From: Mobula hypostoma
Lineage: Eukaryota
Length of the DNA stretch: 64,000 nucleotides
Reading direction: 5' to 3'
Assembly (NCBI RefSeq): GCF_963921235.1
Contig: NC_086110.1
Span: forward strand, 13,392,001-13,456,000
Numbering within the stretch: position 1 is the first letter of the stretch; each line of letters begins with the position of its first letter. Below, piece after piece: positions 26,734-40,261 of the stretch. The notes under the pieces were generated by a model. That model worked only from the letters and a program-made list of their open reading frames with translations. It did no database searches and had not been told where the DNA came from. A program made the translations under genes and the position numbers.

Positions 26734-29700
26734 TGTCATGGTCCCGTCCGGCAATTCCCCATCTTGCTATAACCCAACTTAAGTGGGCCTTAATCCCTCA
26801 GTCTGATTTCCAGTCGTTCCCAGTTCCACTAATTACAGCACACCTGGTTCCCATTAGCGAACATAAGATAAAATCCAGGGCAAGCATTAAAAAGGGCTAA
26901 GAGAGTTGTAAAAGAGCGCCTGAAGGCTTTATGTGTCAATGCAAGGAGCATTCGTAATAAGGTGGATGAATTGAAAGTGCAGATTGTTATTAATGATTAT
27001 GATATAGTTGGGATCACAGAGACATGGCTCCAGGGTGACCAGGGATGGGAGCTCAACGTTCAGGGATATTCAATATTCAGGAGGGATAGACATGAAGGAA
27101 GGGGAGGTGGGGTGGCGTTGCTGGTTAAAAAAGAGATTAACGCAATAGAAAGGAAGGACATAAGCCGGGAAGATGTGGAATCGATATGGGTAGAGCTGCG
27201 TAACACTAAGGGGCAGAAGACGCTGGTGGGAGTTGTGTACAGGCCACCTAACAGTAATAGTGAGGTCGGAGATGGTATTAAACAGGAAATTAGAAATGTG
27301 TGCAATAAAGGAACAGCAGTTATAATGGGTGACTTCAATCTACATGTAGACTGGGTGAACCAAATTGGTGAAGGTGCTGAGGAAGAGGATTTCTTGGAAT
27401 GTATGCGGGATGGTTTTTTGAACCAACATGTCGAGGAACCGACTAGAGAGCAGGCTATTCTGGACTGGGTTTTGAGCAATGAGGAAGGGTTAATTAGCGA
27501 TCTTGTCGTGAGAGGCCCCTTGGGTAAGAGTGACCATAATATGGTGGAATTCTTCATTAACATGGAGAGTGACGTAGTTAATTCAGAAACAAAGGTTCTG
27601 AACTTAAAGAGGGGTAACTTTGAAGGTATGAGACGTGAATTAGCTAAGATAGACTGGCAAATGACACTTCAAGGATTGACGGTGGATATGCAATGGCAGG
27701 CATTTAAAGGTTGCATGGATGAACTACAACAATTGTTCATCCCAGTTTGGCAAAAGAATAAATCAAGGAAGGTAGTGCACCCGTGGCTGACAAGAGAAAT
27801 TAGGGATAGTATCAATTCCAAAGAAGTAGCATACAAATTAGCCAGAGAAAGTGGCTCACCTGAGGACTGGGAGAAATTCAGAGTTCAGCAGAGGAGGACA
27901 AAGGGCTTAATTAGGAAGGGGAAAAAAGATTATGAGAGAAAACTGGCAGAGAACATAAAAACGGACTGTAAAAGCTTTTATAGATATGTAAAAAGGAAAA
28001 GACTGATAAAGACAAATGTAGGTCCCCTGCAAACAGAAACAGGTGAATTGATTATGGGGAGCAAGGACATGGCAGACCAATTGAATAATTACTTTGGTTC
28101 TGTCTTCACTAAGGAGGACATAAATAATCTTCCAGAAATAGTAAGGGACAGAGGGTCCAGTGAGATGGAGGAACTGAGCGAAATACATGTTAGTAGGGAA
28201 GTGGTGTTAGGTAAATTGAAGGGATTGAAGGCAGATAAATTCCCAGGGCCAGATGGTCTGCATCCCAGAGTGCTTAAGGAAGTGGCCCAAGAAATAGTGG
28301 ATGCATTAGTGATAATTTTTCAAAACTCGTTAGATTCTGGACTAGTTCCTGAGGATTGGAGGGTGGCTAATGTAACCCCACTTTTTAAAAAAGGAGGGAG
28401 AGAGAAACCGGGGAATTATAGGCCGGTTAGCCTAACGTCGGTGGTGGGGAAACTGCTGGAGTCAGTTATCAAGGATGTGATAACAGCACATTTGGAAAGC
28501 GGTGAAATGATCGGACAAAGTCAGCATGGATTTGTGAAAGGAAAATCATGTCTGACGAATCTCATAGAATTTTTTGAGGATGTAACTAGTAGAGTGGATA
28601 GGGGAGAACCAGTGGATGTGGTATATTTGGATTTTCAAAAGGCTTTTGACAAGGTCCCACACAGGAGATTAGTGTGCAAACTTAAAGCACACGGTATTGG
28701 GGGTAAGGTATTGGTGTGGGTGGAGAATTGGTTAGCAGACAGGAAGCAAAGAGTGGGAATAAACGGGACCTTTTCAGAATGGCAGGCGGTGACTAGTGGG
28801 GTACCGCAAGGCTCAGTGCTGGGACCCCAGTTGTTTACAATATATATTAATGACTTGGATGAGGGAATTAAATGCAGCATCTCCAAGTTTGCGGATGACA
28901 CAAAGCTGGGTGGCAGTGTTAGCAGTGAGGAGGATGCTAAGAGGATGCAGGGTGACTTGGATAGGTTGGGTGAGTGGGCAAACTCATGGCAGATGCAATT
29001 TAATGTGGATAAATGTGAAGTTATCCACTTTGGTGGCAAAAATAGGAAAACAGATTATTATCTGAATGGTGGCCGATTAGGAAAAGGGGAGGTGCAACGA
29101 GACCTGGGTGTCATTATACACCAGTCATTGAAAGTGGGCATGCAGGTACAGCAGGCGGTGAAAAAGGCGAACGGTATGCTGGCATTTATAGCGAGAGGAT
29201 TCGAGTACAGGAGCAGGGAGGTACTACTGCAGTTGTACAAGGCCTTGGTGAGACCACACCTGGAGTATTGTGTGCAGTTTTGGTCCCCTAATCTGAGGAA
29301 AGACATCTTTGCCATAGAGGGAGTACAAAGAAGGTTCACCAGATTGATTCCTGGGATGGCAGGTCTTTCATATACAGAAAGACTGGATGAACTGGGCTTG
29401 TACTCGTTGGAATTTAGAAGATTGAGGGGGGATCTGATTGAAACGTATAAGATCCTAAAGGGATTGGACAGGCTAGATGCGGGAAGATTGTTCCCGATGT
29501 TGGGGAGGTCTAGAACGAGGGGTCACAGTTTGAGGATAGAGGGGAAGCCTTTTAGGACCGAGGTTAGGAAAAACTTCTTCACACAGAGAGTGGTGAATCT
29601 GTGGAATTCTCTGCCACAGCAAACTGTTGAGGCCAGTTCATTAGCTATGTTTAAAAGGAAGTTAGATATGGCCCTTGTGGCTACAGGGGTCAGGGGGTAT

Positions 29701-32700
29701 GGAGGGAAGGCTGGGTTCTGAGTTGGATGATCAGCCATGATCATAATAAATGGCGGTGCAGGCTCGAAGGGCCGAATGGCCTACTCCTGCACCTATTTTC
29801 TATGTTTCTATGTTTCTATGTTTCTAAAACTCGGACGGCACAGCCATGCTTTGCCAGTTCGTTGGTCGACTCGAGTGTGAGTAAATCTCGTTTCCTGATC
29901 CCTTGGGACTGTTAGTTCTAAGCTCCGCATCATTTCCTGGATACACTCCGTAACCTTGTCTCCGTATAATGTCTCTCATGGATGCCGGTTCCCCGTTCGC
30001 GGCGCTGCTGACGCCTCACGACTGTGCCTCCACGCCGGTGTACTGCACTTGGGTTCCTTCTCAGCCTCGTCCTTGCAACAGACGAACTGGCCAAAAATGT
30101 ACCCAGCGGACATGGACCCCGTACAACAGGCCCTCGCCAGCCAGTGCTACCTACTGGTCGCCCACGACCAACTGCTCAAAGAGGTCACAGAAAATCTTGG
30201 TGCGCTGTCCGTGGATTTGAGGAAGCTCAGTAAGCAGGTTGAACAGGTAAACGCTTCTTTTATTCTGTCCCTTCCAAGAACCCCGACTGACCAAACCGCA
30301 CAGCCTGGGATGGTTACGCCCCTTGGATCGGCAGCATAATCCCTTAGAGAACCGTACGTACCCTAACCGGATCTCTACGCTGGGGAACTTGGGAACTGCT
30401 GGGCCTTCTTATTGCAATGCTGTTTGGTCTTTGAGCAACAGCCACGTACGTACACCTCGGACGGATTAAAGATTGCATACATCATGGGGATGTTACGAGG
30501 GGATGCCTTTGCATGGGTCACAGCGATCTGGGACAGCCAGATCTGTTCCTCCTTCCCCTTTTTCGTCTCCGAAATGAAGAAGGTCTTTGAACAGCCCATT
30601 CGCGGTATGGACGGCGCTAAGCGCTGGCTAACTCTTTGTCAGGGTTCGCGAAGCGTAGCATAATACTCCGTCGAGTTCCAAACATTAGCGGCCGACTCTG
30701 GGTGGAATAACGAGGCACTACGGGAAGTGTTCCTACAGGGCCTCTCAGATAAGATAAAAGATGAACTGGGAGCGAGGGATGACGCGGACAGCCTGGACTG
30801 TCTTCAGCCACCCTCCCCTCCCTATCCACTCCAAGTATAGCAGCTGCTTCGACCGTCCCCACTACCCTGGGGGAGGAACCGATGCAGCTGGGACGCAACC
30901 GTCTCTCCCCTGCCAAACTACGTCAGAGGCGGAGACCGGGGGATTGTTACTATTGCGGCCAGCCGGGACATTTCCGGGATACCTGTTCTCTGCGGCCAAA
31001 AGGGAGGGCTCACCAGTAGAAAGGGGGTCACCGAGAGCCGGACGACACTGCCTTCAGTCCCCCAGACCCGGACGCAGATCCTGGCTACCGTGAATTATCA
31101 ACAACAGTCCCTGTTCCTTTCCACCATGGTGGATTCCAGTGCCGAGGGAAATCTGCCGAACTAGGACATAGCCTCCCGGGCCGGATTACCTCGGAAGCCT
31201 GGGCGCCGGACGGAAAACTGCTGGCTCGGGTTACCCACTGTACGCCACCCCTCACCTTGATTCTGTCCAAAAACCTTCGAGAGGAGGTACGAATTAATCT
31301 CATCCATTCTCCTCAAGCCCCTGTAGTTCTAGGATAACCCTAACAGAACCAACACAACCCCTACATCGACTGGTCTACCGGAAGTATGGCCAGCTGGAGC
31401 CCGTTTTGCCACGACCCTAGGGAGGCTACAGGAACACCTCCGGTCTTCGAACCCCTAGACATGTACGGAGCTCCCGCAGAATACCATGACCTGGGACAGG
31501 TATTCAGCAAACAACGGGCTCTTTCCCTGTCTCCACACATGGAATATATTATTATATGAATATATATAAAATATGATTGCGATATCGACCTTTTCCTCGG
31601 GGACTCGTTTTCCACCAGTCGGCTTTATAACATATCACGACCGGAGAGAGAGACCATGGAGAAATACATTAGTGAGTCCCTCGCGGCTGGCATGATTCGA
31701 CCTTCATATTCCGCGGTGGGAGCCGGGTTGTTCTTTTCAGAGAAGAAGGAGGGGTCGCTTCGTCCCTGTATTGATTACCGAGGACTAAACAATATAGCAG
31801 TTAAAAATAAGTACCAACTACCCCTCAAGAACTCGGCATTTGAACCATTTCACGGAGCCACCATCTTCTCGAGTTTGTACCTTCGTAGAGCCTACCATAG
31901 GTCAGGATCAGGGAGGGAGACGAGCGTAAAATGGCCTTTAATACACCTTTGGGCCATTTAGAATACTTCGTCATGCCGTTTGGCCTCACCAATGCCTCCG
32001 CCGTTTTTCAAACCCAAATCAATGATGTACTGAGGAACTTTATGAATCGCTTCGTGTTCGTCTGCCGAGATGATATCTTAATAGTTTCTAGCGTCTCCCC
32101 AGAAACACATTCACCATGTCCGTCTAATCCTCCAGAGACTGTGGGAGGACAAGTTATTTGTGAAGTCGGAGAAATGTGAGTTCCACGTTGCTGCGGTCAG
32201 CTTCCTGGGCTAAATCATCGAAAGCGGGCAGGTGAGGGCAGATCCCGAGAAGATCCGGGCGGTGGAAGAATAGCCCAGATCCACGACCCGCAAACAACTT
32301 CAGCAGTTTTTGGATTGCAAACTTTTATCGTCGATTTATCAGGAAGTACAGTCTGGTGGTGGCGCCCCTTACCTGATTTACCTCGCCTGCCCCACGTTTT
32401 TGTTGGGACTCCGAGGGTGATTCGGCATTCACCGACTTGAAGAGGCGGTTTACAAGCGCTCCCTTCCTGGTCCAACCGGACATCTCCCATCAATTCATTC
32501 TTGAGGTTGACAGATCCGACTACGGGGTAGGAGCAGTCCTGTCCCAACGATCAGGTTCGGACGAAAAGCTTCATCGCTGTGCCTTCTTTTCTCGCCGATT
32601 GTCCCCCACGGAGCGGATTACGACGTGGGGAATCGGGAACTACTGGCGGTCAAGCTAGCATTAGAGGAGTGGAGGCACTGGCTGGAAACGCGGAACACCC

Positions 32701-34734
32701 GTTTATTGTTTGGACTGATCACAGGAACCTGGGATATATATTCAGACCGCTAAACGTTTGAACTTTGAACTCTCGCTAGGCCCGTTGGGCTTTTTTTTTG
32801 TTTGGACGGTTCAAGTTTCCCCTCACATACCGTCCACAGTCCAAGAATGGTAAGCCGGAGGCGCTCTCCCGCCAATACAACTCCAAGGAGGACACTTCCA
32901 GCCCAGAGACTATTCTCAAACCATCCTGTGTGGTGGCAACTCTCACTTGGGAGAGGAGCCCATAGCAAAAGAAGCCCAACAGGGAGACCCTGACCCTGAC
33001 AATGGACGCCAATTGCCTTTTTTGAGCCTGATTCCGTCAGATCTCAGGTTCTCCGGTGGGGGCACAGATCTCGGTTCGCCTGCCACCCGGGGGAGACCGG
33101 ACCCTGGCTCTCCTGAAAAGACACTTTTGTTGGCCTTCTGTGGAGGCGGATACCCGTTCCTATGTCTCTGCATGTTCCGTCTGTGCCCGTGGAAAAGCAT
33201 TGTATCGGCCATCAGCGGGATTACTTCGTTCCCTTCCTGTTCCTGGTGGTCCTTGATCGCACACTGCCCTAGATGTTGTCACCCGTCTACCTCCTTCACA
33301 CGGAAACACCACCGCACTCACCGTGGTAGACCAGTTCTCCAAGACTGTGCGCTTTGTAGCCCTCCCTAACCTCCCTTCTGCTCAGGAAGCCGCAGAGCTT
33401 CCCGTCCGCCACGTGTGCCGCCTCTACGGAATCCCCGCGGACATCGTCTCCGATCGAGGTCCCCAATTCATCTCGCAGGTGTGCAAGGCCTTCTGCCAAG
33501 CCGTAGATGCTTCGTTCAGCCTGTCATTTGGCTTTCATCCACAGACGAACGGGCAAGTGGACGGGTCAACCAGGACTTGGAGGCGACGCTACGTTATATT
33601 ACAACCAACAACCCGTTTACCTGGAGTGAACACCTCGCTGGGCTGAGTACGCCCACAACTGTCTGGTTAGTACTGCAATCGGAAGGTCTCCCTTGGAGTG
33701 CTCCCAAGGATAACAACCCCATTTGTTCCCCGCGCAAGAAGAGAATATTGCAGTGCCGTCTCTTCAGGCCCATATCGATCGGAACGCGGGGTTTGGGAGG
33801 ACACACGCACGGCCCTGATCAGATCAGTCGATCGAAATAGGGGGAACACCGATCGACACCGGATGCCTGCGCCTGACTATCGACCTGGTCAGATGGTGTG
33901 GCTTTCATCTAAAGACATCCCTCTGATAAAAGAGCCTAAGAAACTCGCCGCTCTCTTCCTGGGACATTTCAAGGTCGAAAGTATCATCAACCCCAGAACA
34001 GTCCGACTTAAACTACCAAGATCTATGCACATCCACCCTACTTTTCATGTTTCCCAATTAAAACCACTTTCCGTCAGCCCCTTGTGTCCTCCGACCGAAA
34101 CCCGTCCACTCGCCCCGATCATCGACAACTATCCGGCATATTCCGTCCGGCGGCTACTAGATGTGCACCGTCGGGACAGGGACCTCCAATACCTGGTCGA
34201 CTGGCAAAAGTACGGCCCAGAGGAGCGTTCCTGGGTTCCGCGCCCCTTCATCCTGCATCCCTCCCTCATCCAAGACTTTCATGCGGACCATCAGGACAAG
34301 CCTGGAGAATCGCCTGGAGGCTCCTGTTGAGGGGGTGGGGAGACTCTCATGGTCCCGTCCGGCATTTTCCCAACTTGCAATTACCTCCTTATCTGGGCCA
34401 TAATCCCCTCGTCTGATTTCCAATCATTCCCAGTTCCACTAATTACAGCACACCTGGTTCCCATTAGCGAACATCGGATAAAACTCGGGCGGCATAGCCA
34501 TGCTTTGCCAGTTCGTTGGTCGACTCCATTGTGAGTAAACCTCGTTTCCTGATTCCTTGGGACTGTTAGGTCTAAGCTCCGAATCACTTCCTGGATACTC
34601 TACGTAAACCTTGTCTCCGTGTAAAGACTCTCCTGGATACCAGCTCCCAGTTCGCGGCAGTGTTTATGCCTCACGACTCTGCTCTGCGCCTGAATCCTGC
34701 AGTTGGGTTCGTCCTCACCCTAGTCCTTGCAAAA
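26734..34734 (+). mobile_element. Ty3/Gypsy chromoviral (sushi-like) LTR retrotransposon, full-length but degenerate
   Basis: 5' LTR 26734 to about 30080 (interrupted by CR1); 3' LTR 34345-34734; TSD attct/attct; polypurine tract before 34345; gag, CCHC knuckle, RT ([17 protein letters not shown]), RNase H, integrase (HPQTNGQ) and chromodomain ([15 protein letters not shown]). Confidence 0.92.
26874..29824 (+). mobile_element. Young CR1 LINE with essentially complete open ORF2 (APE endonuclease plus RT), inserted in the 5' LTR
   Basis: 919-aa ORF (GITETW, GGGVAL, YRPP, GDFN, SDH, FADDTK); TSD taaaa/taaaa; tail (tttctatg)n; no ORF1. Confidence 0.96.
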
Positions 34735-36789
34735 ATTCTGGAGAAACATCTCACTCACATATCGAAAACATCCACGGAAATTCTTGCACTTGGAGACAGC
34801 AGATTCCATCCGTGCAGTTTTGAACGCAGTAATTCTGCTTTTGCCTTTGGTAAACCGAAATCTCTGTCCAAGTCGTTTAAGGTAGATTGAGTGTCAGAAG
34901 AGGCTCACTGGACATAAAATTTTCAGAATCTGTATCGGGAAGTTTCGTTTTCCATTCCTGCCTCTTACACATTGTCATCTTTCTCTTCCTCCTCCAGACT
35001 CTGTGTCTCTGATGACTTCAGTACTGCGAGACTATCATCAGGCGGCACAGGTCTCGATGCTGAAAGGAAATTGCAGTGTTCAATTATTTTAGCAGAGAAA
35101 CCAGACACACTGGTCAGACAGAAATAGCTGTCTCCATATCATCGGTACCACGTATGCTATTGCCTTCCGAATATCTCTGAGCCAAACTCTCACACCGATA
35201 ACACCTGTTGAGCGACAAATAAGAAAAGCCCAGGCATTGAGTTTGTCACCAATGTTACACTCAATGTAGAACTCATAGGCTTTCTTAACAAAAGGAGTTA
35301 TTCTCCGTGGTTGAATTTTAAGTTCATACTCACTACAAGTATAACAGAAAGTATCGCTGTTGATGCAAGATTGATGAGACATCTTGCTTTCACAGATACT
35401 GCTGAAAATAGCATTACTTGGTTATAAGGAAATCACACAATATGCTATGCTAACAGATGCACATTTAAATGCAACATATAGAACGGAGTGTGCATGACGC
35501 TTTTATATCTTTCCAAAACCTGTCCTGTCATGCAGCACCCGCCCTGCCTAATGCCCCGAGAAAAATAAAACTTTTCAGCTTACATCGTGGGCAATATTTT
35601 AATTGACTTGAATTATGAGGTGAATTAATAAATGTAGGCAATTTAAAAATGGCACGTGACAGCGAAACCTCATGGAGACTTTTACGATCAGCAGCACACA
35701 ATCCATAAGACAAACCTGAAAGTATTCAGGATGCAAATTCTTTGCTGTCCAGTGAACTAGGAGGGGAGGTGTCGAACACACGTGCCTTGAAGCTGAGAGG
35801 TGGAAGAGGATGGGGCGTGGAGAGACACAGCTGGGAGTATACTACAACTGGTAAACTTGATATTGAAGGTCTTGGGTTGTGGAATATGAAAGCTGAATAT
35901 GAACCCAGAGGCAGGCTACAGAATGTTAAACGTTGATGTAAATGACTTGGCATATGACAAGAGAGCCGTCCTGCAGCAAGGGAAAATGACTCGGTTTAGC
36001 CACAACTGCGAACAATTTTGACCTTTTTAAATGGTAGGTTTTTTCTTGGAGGAAAATACAGTGAAGCTTGGCTAAATTGTGTCAAGCGGCATCTATGGAG
36101 AGAAGTGAACAGTCGAAGATTCGTGACCAGACTCTTCGTTAGAACTGGAAGGAAGGAAAGAAGGAGGAGAAAAAAACAAGTATTAAAAGATTAGGAGAAG
36201 TTTGGAGCAATAATTGGAGAGTAATCGGTGAGTCCAGATGAGGAAGTGCTTAGTAGCACTCTCCTAAATCACTATGATCTTTCCTCTGCATATTCAGAAA
36301 GAACCTGGATCTTTAATCCGACTAAATTCCTTGCTCACGATCATGGCTGATCCAATCAGAATCTCAGATTTTGCTTTCCTTTTCGTCTGCAACTCACGTC
36401 GGTATCAGTCGGCTTTACTTTGTCACTATTTGGTTACTTTCTAAAATTCTGTAGCAAACTACTGATATGATTTAGGCCATGTAATCTAAATGTCTGGAAC
36501 AATGAAGAAAATCATATTTCAGTTCTCGTTCTGACAGTTTGCGAATTTGCGTTCAGCTAATGAACTAAAGAATCATATGAATAATGGTTCCCACGATTGA
36601 GGTACAGGACCGCCGAACACTACAATAGATCCAGCAGATCATAGTTGCCATCTATGATTTAATATGAGAAAGCTATATTCCCTCTTATTCTCTTCTAGCC
36701 AAACCGAGAAATTCATCAGCTTGTGTAGTGACATTTTTTAAAATTATTATTAACTTAGCAAGTCGGCCAGTGCTTAAACACGACTCCCA

Positions 36790-37480
36790 CGAAAGACAAA
36801 CGTATAAGAATCGAACAGACCGATGGCTTTTCGGGACACAGGATTGATCGAACTACTGAATCGGAAACGGTCGAGATATCTGTTTCATGATAAACTGTAC
36901 TTCTGCGATATGGCAATTTTCTTGTGATCTTTTTCGTCCGAACTTGAACACTTAACGATCAAACGCAGGCCGTTCTATTTACCAAGAGAGTCCTCCTTTA
37001 TGATCCTGGTCTCAGTTTACATAGCATCATCATCCGACTGAGTTACTACATGAGGCCATCCCCAAACAGGTAACAACCCATCTCGACGCATTTCAAATCA
37101 TAGTCGGAAAATTCAACGGGGCTTGCTTGAAGAACTCTTTGCCCAGTTACCTTCAGCATATCACCTGTACATCCAGAAGACCGAACACACTAGACTACTG
37201 CCACTGTATATAAAGTTACGAAATTCCTACACTACCCAGCCCAAAAGCCGCATCTGATTACACAGGTATCCTTCTCCACCTGCATAGAACCAAAAGCAAA
37301 AGAGCAAGATCCATAGATTAGGACAACAAAAAGGTGGTCGCGGGAGGCAGAGGAGCGGCCAGAGGATTGCATCAATTTGGTGGACTGGGCTGTGTTGAAA
37401 TTCTCGACTATGAAACTGAATGAATACACTGCGGTTATCACGTACCCGAAAAAGAAAAAAACAGTTGTAGACAAGTGAGT
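36790..37480 (+). mobile_element. Rex1/Babar LINE endonuclease fragment
   Basis: Degenerate RPFYLPRE and NTLD motifs homologous to 48555-49427. Confidence 0.65.
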
Positions 37481-37679
37481 CCAAGAGACCTGGGTGACCC
37501 ATGGCTACTGCAGTATGCTGAAGTCAGATCACAGACAATCACGACTGGCGACCAATAAAGCTATAAGAGGTCTATAAAAGGCAGATCACGGGGAAGTGAC
37601 AATTCCAGATTAAACCTGAATGAAGGAAGGTTGCCCAACAGTTGCGGCAGGGCTTGAGTGCTATCAAAGTGCAGTTAAA

Positions 37680-39430
37680 AGCAGAAAATTTGCAGATCCT
37701 GAAAATCCGAAGCCATACACACAATATGCTGGAGGAACTCAGCAGTCCAGTTAGCATTTATGGAACAGATTAAACAGTCGACGTCCCTGGCCGTGATCCT
37801 TCATCAGAACTGGAAAGGAAAGGGAAGAAGTTAAAATAAGAGGGAGGGGAGGCATCTTGGTTCAGACCCTTTGTACTACATCCGTGACGCTTCACAAGCT
37901 CTCGTTCTCTTCTATCAATTTAAGTTCCCTGGCCTAGATTGTTTCATTTTCCCTATAAATGAACAGTCTCTATACATTTCTATTCGCCATCAGGATGATC
38001 TTAACGCTCTTCACTTCTCACTGGACAACAGACCCAACTAGTTGCACTGTCCTCTGTCTGGCAGATCTGGAACTCATCTCCATCAATTTCTCGTTGGGAT
38101 CCTCTGCCTTCTTTCAAACCCAAGGTGCAGCTATGGGTAATCGCATGAGTCCAAACAGTGCCATCTGGAACAAATAAAATCCCAATATTCCACCAGCGTC
38201 GTTCCCCAACTCTTCCAATATTACATTGACGACTGCTGTGGTGCTACTTCCTGCACCCATGCAAAGCTCGGCAATTTCATCAACGTTGCCTTCAACATCC
38301 ATCCTGGCCTAAAATTATTTGTTCAGTTTCGGAAATATGTCGCCCCTTTCCCGATATCTGTCTCAACCGCTGAAGACAGTCCAGTTACAGATATATTTTA
38401 TAAATCCATTGACTATCACAGATATGTGGACTATACCTCTTCCCACACTGACACTTGTAAAAATGCCATTCCATTTTCTTCGTTTCCCCATCTCCACCGC
38501 ATCTGCTCTCAAGATGAGGCTTTCCATTCCAGAACTATTGAGATGTTCTTCTTCTTCAAAGAACGGAACTTTGCTTCCTCTACGATCAGCACTGCCCTCT
38601 CCCGCACCTCTTCCATTTCGTGCCATCCTCCCTCTGTTACACAGTGAAGGATTCCTCTTGCCCTCAGGTACCACCCAACTGCCTCCGCATCCAGCAGATC
38701 ATTCTATGATATACATATATATACATATCATTCCTATTTCATACAGGATCCCACCACCATGCATATCTTTCCCTACTCCCCATCCCCACTATCCGCTATC
38801 CACAGGGCTTACCTATGCAACTCCTTTGTTCACACCACCCACCCAAGTGATCACTCTCCGGACACTTAGTCTTCCAAGCAGAACAAGTGCCACACTTGTC
38901 CATACATCTCCTCCCTTGCGACTATTTAGGGCTCCAAACAGTGAGGCGACATTTCATCTGCGATTCTATTGGGGTTATCTAATGTATCCAGTGCTCCCGG
39001 CGTGGCATCCTGTTTTCGGTGAGACCCAACGTAGATCGGGAGAACATTTCATCGAGCATCTTCTCTCCGTCTGCCGCAAAAAGTGCAATTTCTCGGTGAC
39101 CACTCATTTCAATTCTACATCCCATTCCCATTCTGACATTATCAGACCATGACATCTTCTACTGCCACGATCCAGCCACACACAGACTGGAAGGGCAACA
39201 CCTTATATTCCCTCTTGGTAGACTCCAATCTGATAGGATGAACTTTCGGTAATTCCTCCCCTCTCCACCCCCCCCCCCCCCGCGCCACCATCAGTTCCAC
39301 TTCTAGTTTCAGTCTCTTATTTTATCTGTCCATCACCTCCTTCTGGTGATCCAACCGCTGAAGACAGTCCAACGACAAATGTATTTTACTCTCACAGTTA
39401 TCTGGACTATATCAGACAATACCAGAAGAC
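37680..39430 (+). mobile_element. Penelope-like element (RT plus GIY-YIG remnants)
   Basis: Degenerate QTQGAAMG and YID RT motifs; GETQRR GIY-YIG region; terminal-repeat motif at about 37690; partial internal repeat near 39350. Confidence 0.75.
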
Positions 39431-39442
39431 TATACCAGAGGA

Positions 39443-40113
39443 GAATATGGCGGTATTACGCAGCGCAGCGGCCACGCCGTTAATGAATATCTGTTACCTG
39501 TCAAGTAGGGTGCTGTGCGCAATCCTGATTTGATGGAGACAGACGTGAGAGCTCGGAGGAACTTCTGGTGAAACTTCTGTAATGCCTGTTTCGCTGCTGC
39601 TGCTACTGTGTTGTCCAGAATCTCCGGCGGGGAAGGCACCAAGTCCTCCGCTTTAGTTTTTGCTCGGCGGCCGGGGCGGGGTCGAAGCTCTCGGCAGAGA
39701 TGGTGCTCGGTGCTCAGTGTAGGACGGCTGGTCGGAAGCTCCAAGTTTTCCGACGGACTCATATTCGGCTGTGGTAGGGTACTTCCAGGGTGATGCATCG
39801 GCAAGTTTGCGGCGCTGGAGGTCCACGGCAGGGAGAGTTTCTCCCTTCTACCGTCTGCGTGAGATGATGGGGCTATCGGGACTTCGAGACTTTTTTTTTA
39901 CTGCGCTCATGGTCTCTCTTTATCAAATTACGATATTGCTTTGCACTGTTGTAACTATATGTTATAATTATGTGTTTTTTGTCAGTTTTAGTCTTGGGCT
40001 GTCCTGTGTTTCTGTGATATCATACTGGAGGAGCATTGTATCATTTCTCAATGCATGCATTTCTAAATGACAATAAACGAGGACCGAGTGTCCTCATAAT
40101 CTAATCTAATCTC
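39443..40113 (+). mobile_element. Non-coding retroposon-like repeat with (aatct)n tail
   Basis: Homologous to 22850-23520. Confidence 0.6.
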
Positions 40114-40261
40114 ATCCTTCTTCCCTTTCTTCCGTCCTCTCCTATCAGGTTCCCCCTTCTCCAACCCTTCAGTTCTTTCAGCAATCAACATCCCAGCTCT
40201 TAACTTCTCCCCCTCCCTTCTCCGGGTTCCACCTATCACCTACCCTTCTTTGATTGCCTTG

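Larger units (their letters stand above)
26097..35754 (-). mobile_element. Chapaev3-type DNA transposon, internally deleted, split by a Gypsy insertion
   Basis: CAC(T/C)GG-type TIRs; 3-bp TSD aac/aac; N-terminal Zn finger (CINSDTFCYTCSEY...KKAYEFY) and C-terminal transposase remnant (LQAYKTIKCSMSVK). Confidence 0.8.
18320..36230. repeat. Inverted segmental duplication, arm A (partner 60210-64000)
   Basis: Non-repeat segments 18320-18528, 25494-26096 and 35755-36230 match the reverse complement of 63813-64000, 63052-63815 and 60210-60655. Confidence 0.85.

Noticed and set aside
36460-36610. Short matches to the reverse complement of about 56715-56760 and 57290-57320, suggesting the inverted duplication extends inward
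   Set aside because: Only 11-nt anchors; not distinguishable from chance by eye
37227-37474. Minus-strand ORFs with Cys/Trp spacing reminiscent of an Ig domain
   Set aside because: Antisense reading of a Rex1/Babar fragment
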